Assembly (NCBI GenBank): GCA_963779255.1
Contig: CAVZXU010000025.1
Span: forward strand, 67 to 64,066
Direction of reading: 5' to 3'
DNA length: 64,000 nucleotides
DNA from: Terriglobia bacterium
GTDB lineage: Bacteria; Acidobacteriota; Terriglobia; Terriglobales; Acidobacteriaceae
The notes under the pieces are model-generated. The model did not search any database, had not been told where the DNA came from, and worked only from the letters and a program-made list of their open reading frames with translations. The translations under genes and the position numbers were made by a program. Positions 55,475-64,000 of the stretch are shown in pieces; within the stretch, counting starts at the first letter, position 1, and each line of letters begins with the position of its first letter.

Positions 55475-58435
55475 ATGGCGTTCGGTTTTGGCTTCAACAA
55501 ACAGAAAGCTCTCAGCGCTGCGGAGAAGTTCGTCCAGCAGGGTAAGCTGCAAAATGCCATTGCTGAGTACGAAAAAGTTCTCAAAGCTGACCCCAAGGAA
55601 CTCACCGTCTCCAACACCATTGGGGACCTCTACGCCCGTCTCGGTCAAAGTGACAAGGCCGTCGAATCCTTCAAGAGCGTGGGCGATGCCTACGCCGCTC
55701 AGGGCTTCACCGTCAAAGCTATCGCCATGTACAAGAAGCTCACCAAGCTGAAACCCACCTTGGAGAGCGTGCTTCGACTGGCTGAGCTCTATACCCAACA
55801 GGGACTGTTTAATGATGCTCGGGCGCAATACCTGCAGGTAGCGGAAGAATTTCTACGCTCCGGCGAACTGGAACAGGCGGTACGGATTTTCCAGAAGACC
55901 CTGGAAATGGATCCGGAAAACATCGCCATGCGCACCCGGCTAGCCGAGGTTTACATCCGGCTCAACAAGAAAACAGAAGCCTGGCAACTCTTCGCCGCCG
56001 CCGCTGACAGCCTGCGCGGGCGCGGCCAACTGGGGCCGGCCGAAGAAATCCTGAACCGCATGCTCACCCTGGATCCCAGCAACAGTCAGGCGCTGTTGCT
56101 GCGGGGCCGCAACGCCTTCGATTCCGGCGACATGCCCGTGGCCATCAAGAATCTGGAGAAAGTGGCCGACCTCGACAGCCACCCCGACGGACTGCGCGCG
56201 CTTATGCAGGCCTACCTGCAGAGCGGACGTCTGCCAGACGCGGGCACCCTGGCGGCCAAATTGTGCACCGTCCACAACGACACTGGAGCGATCACCGGCT
56301 ACGCCGACGCGCTCATGGCCGCGGGGCAGTTTCCCGAAGTTCTGAAGGTCTACCAACAATATTGTGATCGTCTGGTGGCCACGGACTCAGGCAAAGTGCT
56401 GGAGAGTCTGCATTCGCTGATCGGGCATATGCGGGAAAATGCGCCTGCCCTGGAAGTGCTCCTCGATCTCTCGCAGAGGGCCGGCGACACTACCCACATT
56501 ACCGAACTTTACGAGTTGCTGGCGCACGCCTCGGTGCAGTCCGGAAACCTGGAGAAAGCTCGCGACTATTATCTGAAGCTGACCCAGCTGGAGCCCCAGA
56601 ATCAGCTGCACACGCGCAATTATGAGCAGGTGCTGGCCAAACAGGGTGGAGGGCCGTCAGGCTCACGGCTCATCACTCCCGAAGAGGGTGCGGTTCTGGT
56701 GGAGGAACTCGAAGCCACAGCGCCGTTTATCGACCAGCGCTATGCCGACGACATCGCCCTGGCCGTGCGGGCTGCGTTGACCGATGCCGAATTATTCGTT
56801 TCGTACAATATGCCGGCCAAGGCACTGGGACCTTTGATGTCCGCTCTGCCCAAGGCCCCTCGTGATCTGCGCCTCAACCAGCGTCTGGCCGCGTTGCACA
56901 CCCGCGCTGGCCGCTTCAGTGAAGCCGCGGTCTGTTGCCGCAATCTGGAACAGCTCTACCACGATGCCGGACATCCGGACGAAGCCAGCCGCTATCGCGA
57001 CCTGGCGGGCAAGTATGAAGAGCGCGCTTCCGCCAAGTCACATAGAGATAGCGAGACGGCTGTGGCGGCGACAACGCCGTTTGCGCCTGCCACCATTGCT
57101 CCGCCCGCTTTCGATCAGTTTGGCTCTAGCGATGAGGCCGACGCTCCCGCCTTTTCCGCTCCCGAGCCTTCAGCCTCTGGGCTCTTTTTTCACCAGGCGA
57201 CCTCGGGTACGGCGCCCGCATCGAGCGAATTTGAGGTCCGTTCTGAACCGTCTGCCCCGGAAAGTGAAATTGACATTTCCGCTGAGTGGGAGGGCGAAGT
57301 CTCCGATGAACCGAAGCCCTCTGCCTTCGCCGAAAAAGCGGAAGCTTCTGACGCGGATGCCGACCATACCCGGACCGAGACCATCAAGGAAACGATTGAA
57401 GAGCTGCGTTTTTACCTTGCGCACGCCATGGTGGAACAGGCCCGCCTGGTCTTCGCCAAACTGGAAAGGTTGAAGCCGGGCGCAGACAAACTGGCGGCTG
57501 TGCGGCAGGAAATTGAGACCGCCGAGGCTCAAGCCAGCTCGAAACAGCGCGAAGTCGTAGAAGAGTTTTCCGTAGAGGAAGCCGATGAGGTTGCGGCCGC
57601 GCAAGATGAAGAATTCAAGATGCCGGCCCGTCCGATTGCGCCCACACCTGCACCGGCCATGACGGAGTATGCCAAGGCCAGCCCGCAAGCGGAGGCCGCC
57701 GGCGTATTAGGCGAATTCGTCTCTGACCTGGAAACCTCTTTGGGTGACGGGTTCCTGCCGCCTCCGCCCGCACCGCCGATGCCACCAGAGCAACCTCGAG
57801 CGGGACACGAGTCGAGGGCGGCAACTCCCGGCCAGGCGGCTGCCGCCGCGGCGCCGGCTCCGGCCATGGAAGCCCCGGGTCCGGCTCAGGCTCAGGCTCC
57901 GGCTCCGACTTTCACCTATCAGCCGACCAAGAAGCGGACTCTCGCTCCCGAAGTCGCGCCGGCAACCCCTCAAGCGGCTGCCGCCAGCGTGGACTTGGCC
58001 GACATGTTCGGCGAGCTGAAGCACGAACTCGAAGATGACTCCGCCAGTGCCCAGGAAGATCCCGAGACTCATTACAACCTCGGCGTCGCCTTCCGCGAAA
58101 TGGGACTGCTGGATGAGGCCATCGGTGAACTGCAGAAAGTGTGCCAGGCGGTGGATCGCGGTCACAGCTTCCCGCAACTGATGCAGACTTATACCTGGCT
58201 GGCCCAGTGCTTCCTCGACAAAGGCGTGGCCGAGGCGGCGATCCGCTGGTATGAACGTGCCCTCAAGCTGCCCAACCTTGACGAAGAGACCCGCACGGCC
58301 CTGAACTATGAATTGGCCTCCTCCTACGAAGCTGCCGGTAACAAGACCGCAGCCCTGAACTATTTCACGGAGGTTTACGGCACCAATATCGACTATCGCG
58401 ATGTAGCCGAGCGCATCAAAGCTCTGAAGTCGTAG
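55475..58435 (+). CDS. Large TPR-repeat protein with a low-complexity Ala/Pro/Glu-rich linker and a C-terminal TPR module
   Basis: ATG at 55475. N-terminal TPRs (AIAEYEKVLKADP, AIAMYKKLTKLKP), an acidic/proline-rich region over 57000-58000, and a C-terminal THYNLGVAFREMGLLDEAIGELQKV..AIRWYERALKL. Confidence 0.8.
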   Translation: MAFGFGFNKQKALSAAEKFVQQGKLQNAIAEYEKVLKADPKELTVSNTIGDLYARLGQSDKAVESFKSVGDAYAAQGFTVKAIAMYKKLTKLKPTLESVLRLAELYTQQGLFNDARAQYLQVAEEFLRSGELEQAVRIFQKTLEMDPENIAMRTRLAEVYIRLNKKTEAWQLFAAAADSLRGRGQLGPAEEILNRMLTLDPSNSQALLLRGRNAFDSGDMPVAIKNLEKVADLDSHPDGLRALMQAYLQSGRLPDAGTLAAKLCTVHNDTGAITGYADALMAAGQFPEVLKVYQQYCDRLVATDSGKVLESLHSLIGHMRENAPALEVLLDLSQRAGDTTHITELYELLAHASVQSGNLEKARDYYLKLTQLEPQNQLHTRNYEQVLAKQGGGPSGSRLITPEEGAVLVEELEATAPFIDQRYADDIALAVRAALTDAELFVSYNMPAKALGPLMSALPKAPRDLRLNQRLAALHTRAGRFSEAAVCCRNLEQLYHDAGHPDEASRYRDLAGKYEERASAKSHRDSETAVAATTPFAPATIAPPAFDQFGSSDEADAPAFSAPEPSASGLFFHQATSGTAPASSEFEVRSEPSAPESEIDISAEWEGEVSDEPKPSAFAEKAEASDADADHTRTETIKETIEELRFYLAHAMVEQARLVFAKLERLKPGADKLAAVRQEIETAEAQASSKQREVVEEFSVEEADEVAAAQDEEFKMPARPIAPTPAPAMTEYAKASPQAEAAGVLGEFVSDLETSLGDGFLPPPPAPPMPPEQPRAGHESRAATPGQAAAAAAPAPAMEAPGPAQAQAPAPTFTYQPTKKRTLAPEVAPATPQAAAASVDLADMFGELKHELEDDSASAQEDPETHYNLGVAFREMGLLDEAIGELQKVCQAVDRGHSFPQLMQTYTWLAQCFLDKGVAEAAIRWYERALKLPNLDEETRTALNYELASSYEAAGNKTAALNYFTEVYGTNIDYRDVAERIKALKS

Positions 58436-58458
58436 AATGAGAGAATGGGTTTCTTTCT

Positions 58459-58933
58459 ATGCTTGGGAGCGGACGCGGGAGAGCACCAGCCGGTCGCATT
58501 CCCGATCCATGGGAGCGCGATGTGACCGCAAGTCCGGATTCTTCCATCGACAAAGTTCCTTCTGAGTCCCTGCCCGGGAAGTTGCCCAATGAAGAGCTTC
58601 GCGGAAGCGGCCTGCAAGGCCCGCCCCGCAATGGTGCCGACCTTCACCGGACCGGCTTTCAACTCTGGCTACACCGCGTTCTGGTGCTGCTGTTCGTTTT
58701 CTTCTGTGCCACCGTGGGCGTACTGTTGGTCATCCTGCCCTGGAGGCCGGAATGGACAGACAACTACTTCCTGCTGGCTTCTCCCGGCTCTGCGGACTTT
58801 CGTTTCCAACGGATTTGTCCGCGGCCTGTGCAGCGGCCTGGGACTGCTCGATATCTGGATCGGATTTTGGGAGGCAGTTCACTTCCACGACGACAAACCC
58901 TGCCACCTGACAGAAAGATCAAGCTCAACATGA
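58459..58933 (+). pseudogene. Small membrane protein with one frameshift (near 58785); the start is uncertain
   Basis: ..LWLHRVLVLLFVFFCATVGVLLVILPWRPEWTDNYFLLA continues in the +1 frame as ..LRTFVSNGFVRGLCSGLGLLDIWIGFWEAV. The stop overlaps the next ATG (ATGA at 58930-58933). Confidence 0.5.
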
Positions 58934-59794
58934 GTGACGGCAAGCTCAAGCCCGCGCCCCTGGCGTATGAAAACGAAGCCTTTGTCAATAGCCCGGACGG
59001 GCGCATCCTGCGTATCCTCTCCGAGTACATGGAGCCGCTGTCACGCTTCCGGCGTGAGCAGATCCAGGACACGGTCGTATTCTTCGGCTCAGCACGCTTT
59101 CACAGCCGCGCAGACGCCGATCGGAATCTGACCGAACTCGGAAATGGAGTCGAAGTACAGCACCCAGAACGGAAAAAGCGCGCTGGCTTCGGTGGACATG
59201 GCCCGCTATTACGAGGACGCGCGCCGGCTTGCTTTCCTGCTGACGCAATGGTCAGCCCAGATTCCAGCCCGCAGGCGGCGCTTCGTCGTGACCACGGGAG
59301 GCGGGCCCGGCATCATGGAAGCCGCCAACCTGGGAGCTCAGGAAGCTGGCGGAAAAACCATTGGCCTGAACATCAATCTGCCGTTTGAGCAAAACCCGAA
59401 TCCGTACATCACGCCCTCGCTCAATTTCGAGTTCCACTACTTCTTCATGCGCAAGTTCTGGTTCGCGTATCTGGCCAAGGCCCTGGTGATCTTTCCCGGC
59501 GGCTTCGGGACTCTGGACGAACTTTTTGAAATCCTGACCCTGGCTCAGACCCAGAAGTTGGCCAAGAAGATCCTGGTTGTCATTTATGGCAGCGAGTACT
59601 GGAAGCGCCTGATCAGCTTTGACGCCATGATCGATGCCGGCACCATCTCCGCCGCTGATCTGGATTTGTTCCGCATGGTAGATTCGCCGGAGGAGGGCTT
59701 TGAGTTTCTTCGCGACGGCCTGGTCAAATATCATCTTGGACCCCAACCGAAGGCGCCTGAAGCCATGCCGGAGATTGCGAAAACCAATCCGTAA
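58930..59794 (+). pseudogene. LOG-family (TIGR00730, lysine-decarboxylase-like / nucleotide phosphoribohydrolase) protein with one frameshift near 59140
   Basis: The N-terminal part MSDGKLKPAPLAYENEAFVNSPDGRILRILSEYMEP..VVFFGSARF is in one frame. The rest is in ORF 59144..59794, with TTGGGPGIMEAANLGA and the PGGFGTLDELFE motif. Confidence 0.8.
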
Positions 59795-59795
59795 G

Positions 59796-59851
59796 CAGTC
59801 GTCAGTTGCCGATCCTCAGTCGTCAGGGCGGTGACCGACGACGACGACCGA
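59796..59851. repeat. Degenerate heptanucleotide array (CAGTCGT type, then GACGACG type)
   Basis: CAGTCGT CAGTTGC CGATCCT CAGTCGT CAGGGCG GTGACCG ACGACGA CGACCGA. It starts 2 nt after the LOG stop codon and covers the annotated 5' end of thiE. Confidence 0.65.
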
Positions 59852-60549
59852 ACTTGCTCCTCTACTACATCACCGACCGTTCTCAGTTCCCGGGTGACGA
59901 AGATTCCCGCCGCTCTCAGTTGCTCGCAACCGTCTCCCAGGCGGCTCGCTGCGGCGTGGACTACATCCAACTGCGCGAAAAAGACCTCTCCATCCACGAC
60001 CTCGAAACCCTGGCCCACGAAGTCGTCCAACTGAGAACAGAGAGCAACAAACTGAATACTGGTGTTCTGATAAACACCCGCACGGACGTTGCCCTCGCCT
60101 GCGGAGCCAACGGTGTGCATCTGCGCTCCGATGACATTTCTCCGGCCGAAGCAAGAACGATCTGGTCACAATCTGGCGCGGTTACCCGCGCGACGATTGG
60201 CGCCTCGTGTCACACCCGGGCCGAGGTCGCCCGAGCGGCAGAAGAAGGCGCCGAATTTGCGGTTTTCGGGCCAGTCTTTGAAAAGGTCACGGGGAAGTCG
60301 CGCACTTGTCCCACGGGTCTCGAAGCCCTCCACGCAGCTTGTCAGGAAAAAATTCCAGTGATCGCGCTGGGCGGCGTCACACTAGAAAATGCGGAGGCGT
60401 GCATCCGCGCGGGTGCGACCGGAATCGCGGGAATCCGGCTGTTCCAGGAAAATGAAATGGACAAAGTCGTCGGGGCACTGAGACGACTGAAGGTCAGCGC
60501 CGGTCCTCAGCCCGAGGCGTCAGCTAATCACAAGAATGCTGAAGACTGA
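59806..60549 (+). CDS. thiE: Thiamine-phosphate synthase (ThiE-like); the start is uncertain (TTG at 59806 or 59854)
   Basis: LLYYITDR..GVDYIQLREKDLS..INTRTDVALACGANGVHL..IGASCHT..GAEFAVFGPVF..IPVIALGGV. Confidence 0.75.
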   Translation: MPILSRQGGDRRRRPNLLLYYITDRSQFPGDEDSRRSQLLATVSQAARCGVDYIQLREKDLSIHDLETLAHEVVQLRTESNKLNTGVLINTRTDVALACGANGVHLRSDDISPAEARTIWSQSGAVTRATIGASCHTRAEVARAAEEGAEFAVFGPVFEKVTGKSRTCPTGLEALHAACQEKIPVIALGGVTLENAEACIRAGATGIAGIRLFQENEMDKVVGALRRLKVSAGPQPEASANHKNAED

Positions 60550-60560
60550 AGACCGACGAC
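60540..60560. repeat. Heptanucleotide array TGAAGAC x2 + CGACGAC, containing the thiE stop codon
   Basis: TGAAGAC TGAAGAC CGACGAC. The TGA at 60547-60549 lies inside the second unit. The reverse complement CAGTCGTCGGT matches CAGTCGTCAGT at 59796. Confidence 0.7.
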
Positions 60561-60565
60561 TGCCT

Positions 60566-61921
60566 CTAGCTTTTCATCGTCTTCGACCCCTCGTCCCAGG
60601 TCACCGCGCTCTTGCGGAAGTACGATTGGTTTGCCATGTGGCAAGCCAGCGCCGCGTGATGGCCAAACACGGCATCCTCCACCACCGGCTTGCGCGTGCG
60701 CACCGCCTGGAAAAAATTCCACAGGTGCGGCTTGAGGTCATCCCACGATGCGCTGCGATAGCTCACGCCCTCCAGGGCTGGTTCCTTGCCCGGCACGGCA
60801 TCGTGCTCCTGGTGCCATTTCTTGAAGTATTCATCCCGCATCGCCTTGGGAAAGCCCGATGCGTAATAGCTGGGTCCGGTATCCACGCCCGCCTGCGGCG
60901 TGTAGGTAAGGTTAAACTCGGTCAGTTCCAGGATGCCCTTCGAACCCTGGAAGCGATAAGTCTCAGGCATCTCCGTTCCCAGACTGAGCCGCAGGTAAAC
61001 CGGAACTTCGCCGTACTTAAACAGCGTGCAGTGCACGTCCGGCATGTTGCGGCCATCCTTCCAGCGGAGGATCCCGCCCATGGCCATAGCCTGCGTGGGC
61101 GCTTCGATTGATACCCAGGACGTACTGCATTCCGCTTACCAGGTGGACCAGCAGATCGCCGGCCACGCCGGTCCCGTATTCCTTCCAGCAACGCCAGCGG
61201 GCAAAGATCAGGGGATCGAACTGCCGCTTGGGCACGGTTCCCTGCCAGGTATCCCAGTCCAGAGTTTGAGGGGAGAGATCGGTGGGCGGCGGATACTCCC
61301 ATGCTCCGGTGGGATCGTTGCGGCCGAGCGAGCCTTCCACCAGCATCAGGTCGCCGAGCGCTCCCTGCGACACGAGTTCCTTGGCCTTGGCGCAGATCAC
61401 GGAACTCACACGCTGCGAGCCTACCTGCACGATGCGCCCGGTCTTTTTTGCTGCGGCCACCATCTCTACCCCTTCTTCTGCGGTGTGCGACATGGGCTTT
61501 TCGAATGTAGATGTCTTTGCCGGCGTTCACCGCGTCCACCACAACCTGCTTGTGCCAATGGTCGGGAACGGCGGCCACAATGCAATCGATTTCCTTGTTC
61601 TCCAGCAATTCGTGATAACGCCGCGTGGTGGGCAAGTTCGGACGGACAATTTCCCTGGCCAGAGTGTGGCGGCCGTCATAAAGATCGCAGGCCGCTACGC
61701 ATTCCACTCCCGGCAAGCTCGATCGAACTGCTCAGCAGTCCCGACCCCTGCATGCCGATTCCGATCATGCCGAACCGCACCCGATCACTGGCGGCTATGG
61801 TTTGGGGCAGGGCCCAGAGCGGGTCCGGATCGAGCACGATGGTTTTCAGCCCCAGCGATGCGCCGGCCGCGGCCGCGCTCAGTCCAATGAATTCACGACG
61901 CGAGAAACGGTTCCTGATCAT
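60566..61921 (-). pseudogene. Tat-secreted Gfo/Idh/MocA-family oxidoreductase, at least 3 frameshifts
   Basis: ATG at 61921 follows GGAGG. Tat signal MIRNRFSRREFIGLSAAAAGA. RFGMIGIGMQG (Rossmann). The protein continues through ORFs 60922..61716, 61017..61493 and 60566..61087 (..AVPDHWHKQVVVDAVNAGKDIY, SHTAEEGVEMVAAAKKTGRIVQVGSQR). Confidence 0.8.
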
Positions 61922-61945
61922 CAAGCCTCCATCACCAATCAACCG

Positions 61946-62623
61946 CTATTTCTTCAACATCTTGACCGCGACTTCCTTGAAGAACACGACATCATTGTCG
62001 CTGTGATTCTGCAGCCCGAAGTAACCTTCCTGGGGACGCGGACCACGTTGCGGTTCGAAGTCAAATTTCCTGGCGGGCACGGGATCGCCTTCGGTGAACT
62101 CGGTCACTTTCACGCCGTTCACTATGACGTTCGTATGCGGACCATCCAGCGTGATTTCCATGGTGTTCCACTCCGGCCCGGGTTTGCCGGGACTTGGCCA
62201 GCGGCTTGGTCAGCGAGTACAGCGTGCCGGTTGACGTGATAGTCGTCTTCGTTGGATTTTTCCGGCTCGTTATCGATCTGCACTTCGTATCCGTAGTGCA
62301 CCGGCATCCAGGCCTCCCGCGGCTCGATCGGAATGCGGATGAAGACGCCGGAGTTGTCGTTGTGATCGCGCATCTTGAACACGACGCGGATAACGCAATC
62401 GCCCAGCTTTCCGCCAGTCCAATAGAGCAGGCCCATGCCGCCATGGGTACGGATCAGCCCATCCTCGACCGTCATTTCACCGGGGCCGACGTGCTTCCAT
62501 CCCACCAGGTCTTTGCCATCAAACAGCTGCTTCCATTCTCCCGACTGCCCTTGTGCCGGCGGACCCGACGCTAGCCATGAGCGCGGCCGTAACCACAATG
62601 ATCAATGCCAGATGAAATCGCAT
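61946..62623 (-). pseudogene. DUF1080 (3-keto-disaccharide hydrolase-like) secreted protein, at least 2 frameshifts
   Basis: ATG at 62623 with signal MRFHLALIIVVTAALMA. WKQLFDGKDLVGWKHVG..GMGLLYW..FKMRDHNDNSGVFIRIP..YEVQIDN is in ORF 62122..62598. The tail MEITLDGPHTNVIVNGVKV..GYFGLQNHSDNDVVFFKEV is in ORF 61946..62161. Confidence 0.8.
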
Positions 62624-62863
62624 TATCCCCGCCTTTCGAGCCGGGAGAAATATACACCATACAGGTGTGCTGGAGGTACGAGGTAAGTCCTTTTGAGTGA
62701 ATGCCTGCGGAGAGTGAGGACGGCGCGAGGCCAGAATCGCTCTAGCCGGTTACTGAAGGTCATTTTTGCTCGAAGCAAAGTGCAGTAATCCGGCATCAAA
62801 GCAGATATAATATTTCGGTTAGCGTGCAGGGTGTAATTTCTCTTCCAAAGAAGATTAAATCCG

Positions 62864-64000
62864 ATGTCCATGAAGACTAAGGCCGCAATAGTAGTTTCTT
62901 CCGCCGCTGTTCTGCTGTTCATGTACGTGGGCGGATTGGACGGCGTTCGCGCCTCCAACAACGATGGCTCTTACCGGCAATTGCAGGTTTACAGCGAAGT
63001 GCTTTCGCGGGTGCGCAGCGAGTACGTGGAAGAGCCCAACATCCCGCTCGTGACCGACGGAGCGCTGCACGGCTTGCTCGAGTCCCTGGACCCCAACTCC
63101 AGCTATCTGACCGCCTCCGAGTTCAAAGAGTACAAGGCCAATCAGACCGAGGCGAAAGGTGAGATCGGGGCAGCGGTGTCCAAACGCTTTGGCTATGCTG
63201 CGGTCATCTCGGTAATTCCTGGCGGTCCGGCGGACAAGGCCGGCATCCAGGCCAGCGATATCTTCGAGGCCATCGAGGGTAAGAGCACGCGCGAGATGTC
63301 ACTCGCCGAAATCCACAATCTGCTGATGGGGCAACCTGGTTCAAACCTAAACGTTTCCGTGGTTCGGGCCCGTCGCGCTGAGCCCACCAAAACGGTCATC
63401 ACTCGCGATATCGTCACCGTGCCCCCGGTAACCGACAAGATGGTCGAGGATGGTATCGGCTACATCCGGGTGGACGCTTTCAACAAAGGCAAGGGGCAGG
63501 AAGTCGCGGCCAAAGTTCGCGCGCTGCAGAAGTCCGGAACCAAGAAGCTGATCCTCGACTTGCGCAATTGCGCCGAGGGCGAGGAATCGGAAGGCATCGC
63601 CGCTGCCAATCTGTTCCTCAACCACGGCACCATCACTTACCTGCAGGGCCAGAAGTATCCTCGCGAGGCTTTCAATGCAGACGCTTCTAAGGCCATCACC
63701 AACCTGCCCCTGGTCGTCCTGGTAAACAAGGGCACGGCCGGACCGGCCGAAGTCGTGGCCGCCGCGGTGCTTGAAAACGCCCGCGGAGATGTTGTAGGCG
63801 ACAAGACTTTCGGCGATGGCTCGATCCAGAAGACGATTCCGCTGCCCGATGGCTCTGCCCTGATCCTGTCAGTTGCCAAGTATTACTCGCCCAGCGGTAA
63901 AGCCATCCAGGACAGCGCAGTCACCCCGAACATTGTGATCGCAGATAGTGACGATGACACCGCGCTTCCAGATGATGAGGACAACGCCGCTCCGGCTGAG
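62864..64000 (+). CDS. S41 (C-terminal processing peptidase, Ctp/Prc-like) homolog with a PDZ domain; partial, running off the window end; catalytic residues substituted
   Basis: Hand translation from ATG 62864 is open to the window end. MSMKTKAAIVVSSAAVLLFMYVGG.., PDZ-like GYAAVISVIPGGPADKAGIQASDIFEAIEG, then ILDLRNCAEGEE.. and VLVNKGTAGPAEVVAAAV..GDKTFGDGSIQ. This ORF is not in the supplied track. Confidence 0.8.
   Translation, partial: MSMKTKAAIVVSSAAVLLFMYVGGLDGVRASNNDGSYRQLQVYSEVLSRVRSEYVEEPNIPLVTDGALHGLLESLDPNSSYLTASEFKEYKANQTEAKGEIGAAVSKRFGYAAVISVIPGGPADKAGIQASDIFEAIEGKSTREMSLAEIHNLLMGQPGSNLNVSVVRARRAEPTKTVITRDIVTVPPVTDKMVEDGIGYIRVDAFNKGKGQEVAAKVRALQKSGTKKLILDLRNCAEGEESEGIAAANLFLNHGTITYLQGQKYPREAFNADASKAITNLPLVVLVNKGTAGPAEVVAAAVLENARGDVVGDKTFGDGSIQKTIPLPDGSALILSVAKYYSPSGKAIQDSAVTPNIVIADSDDDTALPDDEDNAAPAE

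Overview
This 64 kb GC-rich window has gene content typical of Acidobacteriota (Terriglobia-like). It carries CarboxypepD_reg-type TonB-dependent receptors, a row of FG-GAP/ASPIC(UnbV)/TPR genes and a PEP-CTERM/exosortase/EpsI operon. All calls rest on motif recognition only; no database search was run. About 45 genes can be supported. They include an S9 peptidase, a tandem USP, an APC permease with a USP-like tail, a macro-domain protein, a VOC / PF04008-like / small-protein operon and Cu/Zn SOD. Also present are imuA-imuB, a C39-like peptidase cluster, an AMP-ligase/ACP/PlsC fusion, a LysR regulator, a large TPR protein, LOG, ThiE, Gfo/Idh/MocA, DUF1080 and an S41 peptidase homolog. The main observations are as follows. 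(1) A CMD/AhpD-like gene has a single in-frame TGA exactly at the second Cys of its CxxC motif, followed by a strong hairpin, making it a candidate selenoprotein. (2) A 3.5 kb decayed integrative island sits in tRNA-Glu(CUC), bounded by a 48 bp direct repeat, with an integrase, a frameshifted Fic gene and an IS fragment. (3) Heptanucleotide tandem-repeat arrays (STRR-like), often in inverted pairs, sit on gene boundaries and lie in frame inside imuA. (4) Roughly one third of the genes are broken by indels while their neighbours are perfectly intact. (5) Further items are an S41 homolog lacking both catalytic residues, imuAB without dnaE2, a RAYT remnant with REP-like palindromes, and two ~180 bp repeat units that look like terminator-ended sRNA paralogs. 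No rRNA genes or CRISPR arrays are present.
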